Source: an uncultured delta proteobacterium
GTDB lineage: Bacteria; Myxococcota_A; Polyangia; Polyangiales; Polyangiaceae
Assembly: GCA_963716725.1 (NCBI GenBank)
Contig: CAVQUB010000007.1
Location: 96,001 to 160,000 of the forward strand
Length of the DNA stretch: 64,000 bases
Direction of reading: 5' to 3'
The notes under the pieces were generated by a model that had not been told where the DNA came from, searched no databases, and worked only from the letters and a program-made list of their open reading frames with translations. Both the position numbers and the translations under genes were made by a program. This document shows positions 1-15,402 of the stretch, piece by piece; position 1 is the stretch's first letter, and the number at the start of each line of letters is the position of its first letter.

Positions 1-143
1 GGATCGAGCAGCAATTCGATGCGCTCGCGGGCCGTGAGCTTGCCGGCGGCGTGCTGCTTGTCCACCCGGGCCTTGCCGCCGCCTTCGAGAGCCTTCGTGT
101 TCAGCTCGTCGAGCCGAGCCAGCGCGTCTTTACCGTTCGACAT
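1..143 (-). CDS. Acyl-CoA carboxylase beta (carboxyltransferase) subunit, 5' part only
   Basis: Manual translation [47 protein letters not shown], typical PccB/AccD N-terminus; runs off the window. Confidence 0.85.
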   Translation of the reverse strand, partial: MSNGKDALARLDELNTKALEGGGKARVDKQHAAGKLTARERIELLLD

Positions 144-254
144 GGCGCGCCCTCGCTAGCATGAGCGCTCGGCTGCGTCACTCGCTCGTCGAATCCATTT
201 ACAGCGCCGTGACGCCAGTACATTCTCTCCTTCGGACCAAGGGTGGAGGGTCGA

Positions 255-1694
255 ATGAACGAGCGAGTCGCGATCGTGTGCGCCGTAGCGTGTCTCGTCG
301 TTGCGTGCCCACTGGCGTGCGACGGATCCGATGACGGCGGGGGTGGTCCGGCGGGTGGATCGAGCGGGGCGGCGACTGGCGGGTCGAGCACCACGGGTGG
401 CGCCGGTGGCTTTGGTGGCGCCGGTGGCGCCGGTGGCGCCGGCGGCGTTGGTGGCGCCGGTGGCGCCAGTGGCACGGGCGGGGCGCCGGATGCGTCCGAC
501 GCATCGACGGGCGGCGTGGGCGGCGTCGATGCCTCGCTCGACGGCTCGGGCGGCGAAGACGCGAACACCGAGGACGTCATCCCCTCGCCGGACGCGCCGC
601 AGTTCCCCGATGTCATGCCACCTCCGATCACTTGCACTCCCGTCGATGGCGGGACGCTGGACGGAGGCGCGCCGTGCGTTCCGAAGTACACGCTTCATCT
701 GGCGCCATTCCAGATCGCCGAGACGCGCGGCGTGCGCGCCATCAACGAATCCGGACAACTCGCCGGAAGCACGTTGACTAGCGCCTACCGCTACACTCCG
801 GGAAAACCCCTGGAGACCACCTTCGGCGGCAAGACCTACGGCGGCGCGGACGACATCGACGACAACGGGTCGATCGTCGGAGGCTACGACGCTTTCCGAT
901 GGGATCCGCCGGGCAGCACCCCCTCGGGCGGCTGGCAGCCTGGGCTTCATCCCCTACCCCAGGGGAACGCCGCGTACGGAATGGCCAATAGCGGCCTGGT
1001 CGTTGGGTATTCGTACACCCCCGGGCCCGCATTGTGGACGGCCTCGGGCGCGCCGACCCAGCCCGCCGCGCCGGCCACGTGCTTGCCCAAACCCTACCCG
1101 ACGCCCTACGACGTGAATGACGATCAGTACGTGGTGGGCGAGTGCTCGGTTTGGTCGGGAACGGATTGGTCGCCTCGCGCGGTTCGCTTCGCCGCTGGGA
1201 CGCACTCGGCGCTCGTACTCGGCAGTCAGGCGAGTAGCGCATCCCGAGTCAACGCGCTCAATCAGGCCGTCGGCTTTGCCTGGACCTCCAACATGAGGGC
1301 GATGCTGTGGGACGCCAATGGGACAGCGAAGGACCTCGGCGCGCTCGATAACGCGGACCCCACCCACAGCTTCGCCTACGACATCAGCGACTCGGGGCGT
1401 GTGGTCGGCAAGAGTCGCGCCATGGCTTGCGTCGGTGGCTGGCCCTCCCTCGGCGAATACGCCGTCGTGTGGGAGCCTGGCGGAACCATCCAAGACCTGA
1501 ACAACCTCGCGTGCACCCGCCTGAAAGGCAGCGCGGCGTCGGTGGCTCCGCTCAAGAGTTCGAGTTGCAACGCCGATTGGTCGAGCGTTCAACTCGTCAG
1601 CGCCGATGCCGTCAACGAGAAGGGCCAGATCGCCGGCACAGCGTGGAACTGCACGACGCAGCAGTACCAACCCTTCATCCTCACGCCGATCTGA
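255..1694 (+). CDS. Lipoprotein with Gly-rich linker and HAF-type extracellular repeats
   Basis: Signal peptide/lipobox (PLAC), Gly-rich linker, repeats such as AINESGQLAG, DVNDDQYVVG, DISDSGRVVG, AVNEKGQIAG. Confidence 0.75.
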   Translation: MNERVAIVCAVACLVVACPLACDGSDDGGGGPAGGSSGAATGGSSTTGGAGGFGGAGGAGGAGGVGGAGGASGTGGAPDASDASTGGVGGVDASLDGSGGEDANTEDVIPSPDAPQFPDVMPPPITCTPVDGGTLDGGAPCVPKYTLHLAPFQIAETRGVRAINESGQLAGSTLTSAYRYTPGKPLETTFGGKTYGGADDIDDNGSIVGGYDAFRWDPPGSTPSGGWQPGLHPLPQGNAAYGMANSGLVVGYSYTPGPALWTASGAPTQPAAPATCLPKPYPTPYDVNDDQYVVGECSVWSGTDWSPRAVRFAAGTHSALVLGSQASSASRVNALNQAVGFAWTSNMRAMLWDANGTAKDLGALDNADPTHSFAYDISDSGRVVGKSRAMACVGGWPSLGEYAVVWEPGGTIQDLNNLACTRLKGSAASVAPLKSSSCNADWSSVQLVSADAVNEKGQIAGTAWNCTTQQYQPFILTPI

Positions 1695-1726
1695 AGGTCA
1701 GCGGGAGCGCGCCGCGCTCCACCGCG

Positions 1727-2881
1727 TCACTCGCGGGGCGGGTCGAAGTAATCGACCTCGACACCCCTCGGCGTACGAAAACGCGTCACGCCCGGCCGCC
1801 GCCCGATCACGTAGTCCGGCCCGATCGGAACCTTGCCGAAGCCGCCAGGTGTGTCCACGATCAGCTTTGGCAGCGCTATCCCGCTGAGCCGACCCCAGAG
1901 CTGCTCCATGATCGCGACGCCGGCGGCGATGGGCGTGCGCAGGTGTCCCGTGCCTCGCGCCGGATCGGCTTGCAGCAAATAGTATGGACGTGCCCGCACC
2001 CGCACGAGCCCGCGAAACAGCTCGGCAAGCACGCCAGCGTCGTCGTTCACCCCTCTCAAGAGCACCGTCTGGTTCATCACCGGAAAGCCGGCGTTGGCCA
2101 GGCGCTCGAGCCCGCGGCAGGCGATCGGCGTCAGCTCCTTGGGGTGATTGAAGTGCGTCATCACCCAGAGCGGATGCAGGGGAGCCAGCGCACGCAAGAG
2201 CTCCCCGGTGATCCGCTGCGGCAATACCACCGGCACCCGGGTCGCGAGCCGAATGGTCTCGATGCTCTCGATGGCTCGCAAGCCCGCGACCACCTGCACC
2301 AGGCGCTCGGTGGCCAGCGTCAGTGGGTCACCGCCGCTCACGATCACGTCTCGGATTTCGGGGTGGGCCGCCAAGTAGTCGAAAGCGGGTCCAAGATGCT
2401 CGAGGGACCGCGTGCCGCTGCCGCCGCCCACCATGCGACTGCGCGTGCAGAACCGGCAGTAGACAGCGCAGCGATCGGTCGCGAGCACCAGCGCGCGATC
2501 CGGGTAGCGCTGCACCAGATCGGGCGCGACCTCGTGGGCTTCTTCGCCCAGCGGATCGACCAGGTCTCCGCGCGTGGTCTCGCCCTCGAGCCGGTGCGGG
2601 ACGACCTGACGTCGGATCGGGCAGGCGGCGTCGAGCGGATCGACCAGCGACAAGTAGTAGGGCGTGATCCCGAAGGGAAACCCCTGGCGCTCGGAGCGTT
2701 CGGCCCCGGCAAGCTCCTCGGGCGTGAGCTGGACGCGAGCCGAAAGTTCGCTGGCCGATCGCACGGCGTTTGCCAGCTGCCACTTCCACGGCGCAGAGCG
2801 GCGACGCTCGCTACCGCCTGAACCGCCCGGGTCGGGCGACGGCAAGACCACGAGCGCGCTACTTGGGCGCGGCTCCAGCAT
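1727..2881 (-). CDS. KamA/EpmB-family radical SAM lysine 2,3-aminomutase
   Basis: CAVYCRFC radical SAM motif, SGGDPL, THFNHP, NQTVLLRGVND; start uncertain. Confidence 0.9.
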   Translation of the reverse strand: MLEPRPSSALVVLPSPDPGGSGGSERRRSAPWKWQLANAVRSASELSARVQLTPEELAGAERSERQGFPFGITPYYLSLVDPLDAACPIRRQVVPHRLEGETTRGDLVDPLGEEAHEVAPDLVQRYPDRALVLATDRCAVYCRFCTRSRMVGGGSGTRSLEHLGPAFDYLAAHPEIRDVIVSGGDPLTLATERLVQVVAGLRAIESIETIRLATRVPVVLPQRITGELLRALAPLHPLWVMTHFNHPKELTPIACRGLERLANAGFPVMNQTVLLRGVNDDAGVLAELFRGLVRVRARPYYLLQADPARGTGHLRTPIAAGVAIMEQLWGRLSGIALPKLIVDTPGGFGKVPIGPDYVIGRRPGVTRFRTPRGVEVDYFDPPRE

Positions 2882-3866
2882 CGAGCTTTTCCAAGGGTGA
2901 CTTCGGCAGCTCGATCTTCTCGAGGGCTTTTTCGTCGATCTTGACCGGATAGCGCTCGCGAAGCTCCTTCTCGATGCGAGCCTCCGCAGCGCGCACGCGC
3001 TCTTGGAGGATCGCCACGCGGATGGTGCGCTCAGCCTCTGCGAGCGTGCGATCGCGCGCGTCGGTCTTGCCGGTCATGCGAACGACGTGGAACTTGCCGC
3101 CGTCGGCCACGAGCTCCCCGTGGATGCCACCCACCGCCGCGATCTTGAACACCGCCTCGCGGAGCGGCTCGGGCACCCGGGGGTTGTCGCCCTTGGACGA
3201 CCCCGGTGGACCGATGATGCCCAGATCCCCAGACAGTTCCACCGGACCCGTCGCCGCGCCTTGCGGCGGTTTCTCCAGCGAGTGATCCCGGACCAGCTTG
3301 CCCCACTCCGCAGGCGACGCCTTCTTGGCCTGCTCGAGCACCTGCTTGGCTTTGGCCTCGTCCGCCAGCACGATGTGCGCGACGCGCCGGCGCTCCGGAT
3401 CGCGAAACTCCTCGCGCTTCTTGTCGTAGTACGCGCGCACCTCGCTCTCCGGGATGTCCGCGGGAGCGGTGACCTCAGTGCGCGTCTGACGCATCACATC
3501 CTCACGCAGGATCTGACGCACGCGCTCCTTGACCTCGGGCTTCTGGTCGAGACCGCGTCGTTTGGCTTCGATCGCCAACAGCTCGGCCTTGATGATCTCG
3601 TCGAGCAGCTGACGGCGTCGATCGACGGACTGGTAGCGCAGCCGCTCGAACTGATCCATGCGGTCGATGGTCGCGGCGAACTCGCCGAGGGTGATCACCC
3701 GGTCACCCACCGTTGCCAGCGGCTTCTGCGCCAGCTCGGGCGAGAGCCCGGTCGACGCGGGCGCGGCGCTCCCGGTGGGAGGCGGCCCTTTGTCGATGGC
3801 CTTCTCGTTGCAAGCCAGCACGACGAGCCCGGAAAGGAGCAGGACGGTGGCGGTGGGCCTCGGCAT
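2859..3866 (-). CDS. PpiC/parvulin-type peptidyl-prolyl isomerase lipoprotein
   Basis: Lipobox VLAC, SurA-like helices, RRVAHIV...GDLG...FHVVR rotamase motifs. Confidence 0.85.
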   Translation of the reverse strand: MPRPTATVLLLSGLVVLACNEKAIDKGPPPTGSAAPASTGLSPELAQKPLATVGDRVITLGEFAATIDRMDQFERLRYQSVDRRRQLLDEIIKAELLAIEAKRRGLDQKPEVKERVRQILREDVMRQTRTEVTAPADIPESEVRAYYDKKREEFRDPERRRVAHIVLADEAKAKQVLEQAKKASPAEWGKLVRDHSLEKPPQGAATGPVELSGDLGIIGPPGSSKGDNPRVPEPLREAVFKIAAVGGIHGELVADGGKFHVVRMTGKTDARDRTLAEAERTIRVAILQERVRAAEARIEKELRERYPVKIDEKALEKIELPKSPLEKLDAGAAPK

Positions 3867-3960
3867 GGTCGGCACCGAATACTACGACCCCGCCCACGGT
3901 GCCAGGCGCCGAAGGCGCCGGCGTTGCGGGGCAGCCCCATCACGGCTAGGTCTCCGCCTC

Positions 3961-4695
3961 GTGACGGATCAAGCCGCGACTCTCAGGTACCGCCGGGTGG
4001 TCATCAAGCTGAGCGGCGAGGCGCTTTCGGGCGCCACGGGCGGCTCCGGCATCGACACCGCGACGCTGAAGGCCACCGCGGCCGAGCTCGGCGAGGTCCA
4101 TGGCGCCGGGATCCAGATCGGCTTGGTGGTGGGCGGCGGCAACATCTTCCGCGGGCTCAAGGGCGCGAGCGAAGGCATGGACCGCGCGCAGAGCGACTAC
4201 ATGGGCATGCTCGCGACGATCATCAACTCGCTGGCGCTCCAGGACGCCCTCGAGCGGCGCGGCATCCCGACGCGAGTGATGACGGCCATCGAGATCCGTC
4301 AGGTCGCCGAGCCCTACATCCGGCGCCGTGCCATCCGCCACCTCGATCGGGGACACATCGTGATCTTCGCTGCCGGCACCGGGAACCCCTATTTTTCAAC
4401 GGACACTGCGGCGGCGCTGCGCGCCATGGAAATCCGGGGAGAGGCGCTGCTCAAGGCGACCAAGGTGGACGGCATTTACGATCGCGACCCGGTCCGCCAC
4501 GAGGGAGCCACCTTGCTCAAGACGGTCGCCTACGAGCGCTTCCTGAGCGAGAACCTCAAGGTCATGGATGCCACCGCGGTGGCCCTCTGCCGAGAGAACG
4601 GTCTGCCCATTCGCGTCTTCAAGATGGCGCCCGGCAACATCAAGCGCGTCTGCTTGGGCGAAGACGTGGGCACCCTCGTCTCGGACGAAGGCTGA
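3961..4695 (+). CDS. pyrH: Uridylate kinase
   Basis: [44 protein letters not shown] start at 3961 inferred. Confidence 0.97.
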   Translation: MTDQAATLRYRRVVIKLSGEALSGATGGSGIDTATLKATAAELGEVHGAGIQIGLVVGGGNIFRGLKGASEGMDRAQSDYMGMLATIINSLALQDALERRGIPTRVMTAIEIRQVAEPYIRRRAIRHLDRGHIVIFAAGTGNPYFSTDTAAALRAMEIRGEALLKATKVDGIYDRDPVRHEGATLLKTVAYERFLSENLKVMDATAVALCRENGLPIRVFKMAPGNIKRVCLGEDVGTLVSDEG

Positions 4696-4752
4696 GTCCC
4701 GTCGAGGAGGCCTTTGCGTCTCTCGATCGCGTGTTACGCTTCGCTCCCCGCC

Positions 4753-7038
<2,286 letters not shown>

Positions 7039-7071
7039 CTGCCTGGTCCCGAAGCTGATAACCGGTGTTTC

Positions 7072-7701
7072 GTGCCTGTCCCGCTGAACGAACACCTCGC
7101 TCGCGCACGCCGCTTCGCGCCCCTGCTGCTGGCGGCCACCGTGATCGCGGCGCTCTTCGCCCGCGGGCTCGGCTTTGCGCTGTTGGTGATCGCGGCGGGC
7201 ATGTTGCTCTACGCGATCGCGAGCTTGTGGGCGAGCGTGCAGAGCCTGAGCGACGATGCCGAGCTCAGCCTGGACGAAGCCTTGGCGCTGGCCGCACCCT
7301 CCGCGGAAGAAGAGAAGAAGCGTTCGGTGCTGCGTGCGCTCAAAGATCTCGAGTACGAGCGCAGCGTCGGGAAGATCGGCGAAGACGACTACAACAAGTT
7401 GACGACTCGCTATCGGGACGAAGCTCGACGGTTGCTCCGCGAGCTCGACGAGGCGGAGATGCCGGCCCGCGCCCGCGTCGAGCAACGCCTGGCCAAGCGC
7501 CTCGAGAAAGAAGCGCTGATCGCCAAGGAAGTACCTCCCGACGACGACGACGACGACGACAACGACGACGCGCAGCAGGCCGCGGACGATGTTCAGGAGG
7601 GCGAGGAGCAGCCAAGCAGCGCATCGCCCTGCGCCGGCTGCGGCACGGACAACGATTCGGACGCACGCTTCTGCAAGCAGTGCGGGAAGGGCCTTTCATG
7701 A
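7072..7701 (+). CDS. Membrane protein with C-terminal zinc ribbon (CcmI-like accessory protein)
   Basis: Two TM helices, LRALKDLEYERSVGKIGEDDY motif, poly-Asp tract, CAGC...FCKQCG ribbon; follows ccmF. Confidence 0.7.
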   Translation: MPVPLNEHLARARRFAPLLLAATVIAALFARGLGFALLVIAAGMLLYAIASLWASVQSLSDDAELSLDEALALAAPSAEEEKKRSVLRALKDLEYERSVGKIGEDDYNKLTTRYRDEARRLLRELDEAEMPARARVEQRLAKRLEKEALIAKEVPPDDDDDDDNDDAQQAADDVQEGEEQPSSASPCAGCGTDNDSDARFCKQCGKGLS

Positions 7702-9047
7702 CACGAGCGCTGCGGATCGGAGCCGTGGTTTGCTTGCTGTGCGGAGCCGCCGCTGCCCAGGCGCCGCTGCCCCCCGGCGCGCCCGGAGAATTGCCGGCGG
7801 GACACCCGCCCGTGGACGCTCCGGCCGCTCCGCCCGAAGGCGCGGTGCCGCCCGGACACCCGCCTGCTGGCGAGGCCGGCCCCACTGGGCGCCCGAGTCC
7901 ACGCGAGGACACCAGCGCCCCGTCGCCCGATCTGCCTGCAGGCGTCATCGAAGCCCTGATCAACGATGCCGGAGGCAAGCCGCTGCCCGGCATCGGGGTT
8001 CGCCTGGGCATCCTCCGACAGAGCGTCTCGGAGGGCGACGCACGTGAGTTCAAGAGCGCCACGACCAACGCCGCAGGCAAGGTGCGCTTCGAAGGCATGG
8101 CCACCGGTGGCAGGACTGGCTACCGCCTCACCGTGAAGCAGGACGCGGCGGAGTACGCCTCAGCGTCCTTCAATCTGCGCGAGGACAGCGGGCAGTCCCT
8201 CGTCCTGCACGTCTATCCGGTGACCGGCGACATCCAGCGCGCGATGGTGGGCATGCGCGGGTTCGTGATGGTGGAGCCGCGGGACGACGTCTTTCAGTTC
8301 GAGGTCTTGTTTCGCATCTTCAACGTCGGAACCGTGACGTGGGTCCCGGACGACTTGGTCATCGACCTTCCGCGGGGTTGGAAGGGGTTCAAAGCCCAAG
8401 ACTCCATGGCCGACACCCGCGCCGTCGCGGAGGGGGACCGTGGCGTTCGCCTCCTGGGAACCTACGCTCCGGGTCAGCACGACGTCGTGTTCCGCTTTCA
8501 GGTGCCGAACGGGAACGACGAGACCGTCGAGTTCAACCTCGCGCTGCCCCCGCACATGGCCGAAGTTCAGGTCATGGCCGAGTCGGCGAAGGGCATGGGC
8601 TTCGAGGTCTCGGGCATGAGTCCCGCGCGTCCGTCTGCGCGGGAAGACGGCCGACGTTTGTTGGTCACCGGACGTCAGCTCAAGCCGGGCGAACCCGAAA
8701 TGCGAGAGCTCGCCATCCGCCTCACGGGGATCCCGACCCCGGGTTCCGCGCGCTGGATCGCGGCGGCCATCGCTCTGGTGTTTCTCGCGGCGGGGCTCTC
8801 GATCGGGCTTGGCAACGACAAAACAAAGCCCGGGGCCGAGTCGATGTCACGGGAAGACCTGGCGCGGGCACGCAAGCTCCTCCTCGACGAGCTCGTCGAG
8901 GTCGAGAAGGCGCGGGCGGCCGAAAAGATCGGTCCGCGCACCTACGAAGCCGCGCGCCGGTCGCTCATCGACGCCCTCACCCGGCTCGAGGCCGTGGAGC
9001 CCGAGCAGCCGGCGAAACCCAAGAAAAAGCGGGCGCGGGCTACCTGA
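7698..9047 (+). CDS. Exported protein with LPAGHPP motifs, Ig/carboxypeptidase-regulatory-like domain and C-terminal TM (ccm cluster associated)
   Basis: ATGA coupling to upstream gene; signal peptide; two P-x-GHPP motifs; TM near C-terminus. Confidence 0.65.
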   Translation: MTRALRIGAVVCLLCGAAAAQAPLPPGAPGELPAGHPPVDAPAAPPEGAVPPGHPPAGEAGPTGRPSPREDTSAPSPDLPAGVIEALINDAGGKPLPGIGVRLGILRQSVSEGDAREFKSATTNAAGKVRFEGMATGGRTGYRLTVKQDAAEYASASFNLREDSGQSLVLHVYPVTGDIQRAMVGMRGFVMVEPRDDVFQFEVLFRIFNVGTVTWVPDDLVIDLPRGWKGFKAQDSMADTRAVAEGDRGVRLLGTYAPGQHDVVFRFQVPNGNDETVEFNLALPPHMAEVQVMAESAKGMGFEVSGMSPARPSAREDGRRLLVTGRQLKPGEPEMRELAIRLTGIPTPGSARWIAAAIALVFLAAGLSIGLGNDKTKPGAESMSREDLARARKLLLDELVEVEKARAAEKIGPRTYEAARRSLIDALTRLEAVEPEQPAKPKKKRARAT

Positions 9048-9059
9048 TCGGATTGGAGG

Positions 9060-9340
9060 CAGCAGTTTCCACAGGGTGGGGAAAACCTCCTGAAAACCCT
9101 GAGGAAGACATCCGTGTCGATCCTGGACATCTGCTCGTCCCCTCGGGTTATCCACACCAACCTACATCGCCCTTCATGGGTGGTTCCCCAGCCCGGGCAG
9201 AGCATTTCTTCTTAATTTCCAATATTTACTGAGTTACCCCCAGAACCCACAGGCCATACGAAGACTACTTCTCAAATCTATTTACTTAAGAGAGAGAGAA
9301 GAAGTCTCCTGATCCCCCCTGTGGAGAACTTGGGTAAAGA
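9060..9340. other. Probable replication origin oriC
   Basis: Non-coding, AT-rich; perfect DnaA box TTATCCACA 9148-9156; near boxes at 9065, 9077, 9234, 9243, 9320; tandem boxes-GGCC-trio-like TACGAAGACTACTTC at 9234-9271; directly upstream of dnaN. Confidence 0.8.
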
Positions 9341-9406
9341 AATCGCTCGGTTTGGCATCCATCCTGCCTAGCGCTCTCGCGAGGACGCGGCTAGGACCGC
9401 CCGACC

Positions 9407-10561
9407 ATGCAGGTCGTGGTCAGCAAAAAGGATCTCCTGCGCGTCCTCGGGCGTTGCCAGGGCGTTGCGGACAAAAAGAGCACCATGCCGGTTCTCGGCA
9501 ACGTGCTGCTCGAAGTGTCGGGACCGGATCAGCTGCGGCTCGCAGCGACCGACCTGTACTTGGCGGTCAGTGGCACCATCAAGGCTCGGGTCGACAAGGG
9601 CGGCTCCATTGCCCTTGGTGCCCGCGACCTGTTCGAGCGCGTGAAGATGATGCCCGAGGGTCAGGTCTCCATCACGACCACCGAAGGCGCCGCCACGACG
9701 ATCCGCTCAGTCGGCACCGCTCGTCGCTACACCGTGCACGGGATCCCTGGCGAAGAGTTCCCCGCGCTGCCGCAGCTCGATGACCAGAGCCAGCTCTTGT
9801 CACTCGACGTCGAGACGCTCTCGCAACTCATCTCGGCCACGCAGTTCTCCGTGTCGACGGACGAGACGCGCCTGCACCTGAACAGCGCCCTCTTCGAGTG
9901 GGAAGGAGATCGCGTGCGCATGGTCTCCACCGACGGGCATCGCCTGAGCAAGATGGAGATCCAAGTTCCGGGCAAGCAGGCCTCGGCGACGATGCTGATC
10001 CCGCTCAAGGGCGTGCTCGAGCTGCGCCGCCTGTGCGACGAAGCAAAGGCAGAAGCAGGCAAGGGTGAGGACGCCGCGGAAGCCACCAGCATCAAGCTGG
10101 GCACCAGCGGACCCAATGCCTTCTTCCAGCTGGCCGGCTTTCGCTTCAGCGTGAAGCTGGTCGACGCGCAGTTCCCGCCCTACTCGCAGGTCATCCCCGA
10201 CGCGACCGAGCGGGCCGTGCGCGTCCCGCGGCTGCCATTCATGGACTCGCTCAAAGCCGTGCACCTCGCAGCCAGCGATCGCACCGGTGGCGTCAAGCTC
10301 ACCCTCGACAACGGCAAGGTCCGACTCGAGAGCGAGAGCCCGGAGAGCGGCGAGGGCTTCGACGAGATCCCCATCGATTACGATGGCGGTCCGATGACCA
10401 TCGGCTTCAACGCGCGTTACTTCCTCGACGTGCTCGGCTCCATCGAAGAAGACGAAATCATTCTCGGGATGAGCGGCGAGCTCGACCCCGCGACGGTCAA
10501 GCCGGCGAGCGAGAGCACCAAGAAGAACTACCTCGCCGTGATCATGCCGATGCGGATCTGA
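9407..10561 (+). CDS. dnaN: DNA polymerase III beta sliding clamp
   Basis: MPVLGNVLL, ATDL, STDGHRL, IGFNARYFLDVL, VIMPMRI. Confidence 0.98.
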   Translation: MQVVVSKKDLLRVLGRCQGVADKKSTMPVLGNVLLEVSGPDQLRLAATDLYLAVSGTIKARVDKGGSIALGARDLFERVKMMPEGQVSITTTEGAATTIRSVGTARRYTVHGIPGEEFPALPQLDDQSQLLSLDVETLSQLISATQFSVSTDETRLHLNSALFEWEGDRVRMVSTDGHRLSKMEIQVPGKQASATMLIPLKGVLELRRLCDEAKAEAGKGEDAAEATSIKLGTSGPNAFFQLAGFRFSVKLVDAQFPPYSQVIPDATERAVRVPRLPFMDSLKAVHLAASDRTGGVKLTLDNGKVRLESESPESGEGFDEIPIDYDGGPMTIGFNARYFLDVLGSIEEDEIILGMSGELDPATVKPASESTKKNYLAVIMPMRI

Positions 10562-11665
10562 GTGCCGGCCCAGCTCGTCTTCGAGCGGATCGCAATTCGG
10601 GCGTTTCGCAACCTCGCTGTTGCCGAGCTCGACCCCGCGCCCCGCCTCAACGTCGTCTTTGGCGACAATGGTCACGGCAAGACCAGCCTGCTCGAGGCGC
10701 TGTACCTGCTCGCCACGAGCAAGAGCTTCAGAGCCGAAAAGACCGCCGAGATGCTGCAAACCGGCGCCGAGGCAGCGCTCGTCAGCGCGCGCATCTCCGA
10801 AGCTGGGCTCGTCCGCGAACAGCGCGCCGTGCTGGGCCCCAAGACGCGCAGCTTTTCTGCCGACGGAAAACGCGTCGCCCGGTTCGCGGCCTACGCGGTC
10901 AAGACCCCGGTGGTGGTCTTCCACCCCGGAGATCTCATCCTCGCGAGCGGTCCGGCACAGGGGCGCCGCACCTTGCTCGATCGCGTCGCGCTGTTTCTGG
11001 AGCCCGCGAGCGCCGATCATCGCCTGCGCTACGTCACGGCGCTGCGCGAGCGGCAGCGGTCCTTGGAAGATCGCGGGCCGCGAGCCGCCGATCTCGACGC
11101 CTACGAGGCGCTGCTGGTCGAGCACGGAGTGGCGCTGTGCCAGATCCGCGAGCGCACCGCGACGCGGGTCGGCGAGGCGCTGGCGCCAGCCTTCGCCAAC
11201 ATGGCCCCGCCGGGCCTGCTGCTCGAGGTCGCGCTGAAGAGCGCAGGCAGCACCGACGCCGAGGCGTTTCGACGTGCCCTGATCGACGCTCGTCCCGTGG
11301 ATCTGCGCCGCGGCAGCGCGTCCTTCGGTCCGCAGCGCGACGACCTCGAGCTCAGCGTCGAAGGGCGCTCCGCCCGCCGGCACGCCTCCCAGGGCCAGCA
11401 GCGCATGCTCTCCCTGGCGCTGAAGGTCGCTGAGCTCGACTGCGTGCGCCAGGCCCGCGGCGCCCACCCCATCTTGCTGCTCGATGACGTATCCAGCGAG
11501 CTCGACGCCCAGCGTTTCGAGGCCGTGTTCACCATGCTCCGGGACGTTCCGAGCCAGGTCTTCGTGACGACCCCGCGTCCGGAGCTGTTTGTCATGCCCG
11601 AGGTCAGCGCCGTCGATCGAGCCGATTTCTCGGTCCGTTCCGGGGTGGTCGCGCGGGCGCGCTGA
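10562..11665 (+). CDS. recF: DNA replication/repair protein RecF
   Basis: FRNL, GDNGHGKTSLLEA, GPQRDDL, SQGQQR, LLLDDVSSELD. Confidence 0.97.
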   Translation: MPAQLVFERIAIRAFRNLAVAELDPAPRLNVVFGDNGHGKTSLLEALYLLATSKSFRAEKTAEMLQTGAEAALVSARISEAGLVREQRAVLGPKTRSFSADGKRVARFAAYAVKTPVVVFHPGDLILASGPAQGRRTLLDRVALFLEPASADHRLRYVTALRERQRSLEDRGPRAADLDAYEALLVEHGVALCQIRERTATRVGEALAPAFANMAPPGLLLEVALKSAGSTDAEAFRRALIDARPVDLRRGSASFGPQRDDLELSVEGRSARRHASQGQQRMLSLALKVAELDCVRQARGAHPILLLDDVSSELDAQRFEAVFTMLRDVPSQVFVTTPRPELFVMPEVSAVDRADFSVRSGVVARAR

Positions 11666-11855
11666 AAGCGACCCGATCGGGGCCGGATTCGGGGCTGATT
11701 TCTCGGCCGGCGCCGACGCGAAATCCAGCAGGATTTCCCCGGCCTTCGCCTTGCCGGAGCCCCTCGAAACGGGTATACCAACGCAGGTAAATTTGGCGCC
11801 CGCCGATCACCCTCCGGAACCAGCCCTCGCGAGCCCGCCACGTTCGCTGAGCTAG

Positions 11856-14423
<2,568 letters not shown>

Positions 14424-14571
14424 GGGGCCCGCTCGAAACGCGCCCAGCGGCCCGTTCCCCGGAGCTGTGCTAGAACGCCGGCACCTTCCGCATTATTGGG
14501 GAGGACACATTCCTTTTCACATCGGCCAAAGTTGTGCTTTATTCCGCGGCCGAATTCTAACGAGGTGGATT

Positions 14572-15261
14572 ATGCGTGGTTCTTTGAAGCTGGTTCTGGG
14601 GTTGGGTCTGATTTCTGTCGTGGCCTTCGGCACCGCTGCTTGCGGCGATGACGACGAAGGTGGCGGCGGTTCCGGTGGCGGCAAGGGCGGCACGGGCGGC
14701 AGCGGTGGCACGACCACCGGTGGCACCGGCGGCGGCACGGCCGGCAGCGGCGGCACCTCCGGCAGCGGCGGCGGCACGGCTGGCAGCGGCGGCGGCACGG
14801 GCGACGCGGGCCTGACCTGCGGCACCAACACCTGTGACGGCTGGAAGATCCAGGGAGCAATTGCCGTCCCAGCGTGCTGCGCGGGTGCAAACAAGGACAA
14901 GTGCGGCGCCGATGTCTCCGCGACGACCGGGGGCCTGATCGGCGTGGCAGCGGGCTGCTACGAAGTCAACCAGCCGGGCAACGTGGACTGCACCGCGTGC
15001 CCGCAGTACGCCTTCCTCAACCCGCTCACCAAAGCGATGTCGTATTGGGACGGCTGCTGCCTGCCCGACAACACCTGCGGCTACAACGTGGACACCACGT
15101 CGGTGCAGGGCCCGAAGATCGGCTGTGTCGCTCCGAAGACGTTCAGCGCGGACGCTGGTGCGGGCCCGGCCTGCACCCCCGGCACCTCGCCGGACGGCGG
15201 CTGCCCGGATCCGGTTTCGGACGCCGGCACGGATGCCAGCTCGGACGCAAAGGCCGACTGA
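14572..15261 (+). CDS. Gly-rich, 14-Cys lipoprotein (paralog 1)
   Basis: GAGG RBS then ATG 14572; lipobox TAAC; Gly/Ser/Thr linker; Cys-rich domain shared with next gene. Confidence 0.8.
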   Translation: MRGSLKLVLGLGLISVVAFGTAACGDDDEGGGGSGGGKGGTGGSGGTTTGGTGGGTAGSGGTSGSGGGTAGSGGGTGDAGLTCGTNTCDGWKIQGAIAVPACCAGANKDKCGADVSATTGGLIGVAAGCYEVNQPGNVDCTACPQYAFLNPLTKAMSYWDGCCLPDNTCGYNVDTTSVQGPKIGCVAPKTFSADAGAGPACTPGTSPDGGCPDPVSDAGTDASSDAKAD

Positions 15262-15283
15262 GCCGAGCGCTCACCAAACGCGG

Positions 15284-15318
15284 AAGAGCCGCGGGGCAGA
15301 TGCCTCGCGGCTTTTTTG
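15284..15318 (+). terminator. Intrinsic terminator
   Basis: AGCCGCGGGGCA-GA-TGCCTCGCGGCT hairpin followed by a T run. Confidence 0.8.
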
Positions 15319-15402
15319 CGTCGCGCGTGCGAGCGCGATGCGATCCGAGCCGTCGCGGGCTCGCTGCTCGACCGAAGGGCGAGGGTCGCGTAAAGTTCGT
15401 GC

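Noticed and set aside
395..480. GGTGGCGCC repeats
   Set aside because: Ordinary Gly-Gly-Ala lipoprotein linker coding.
7540..7570. GAC trinucleotide run as a phase-variation tract
   Set aside because: In-frame poly-Asp linker; slippage would not switch expression.
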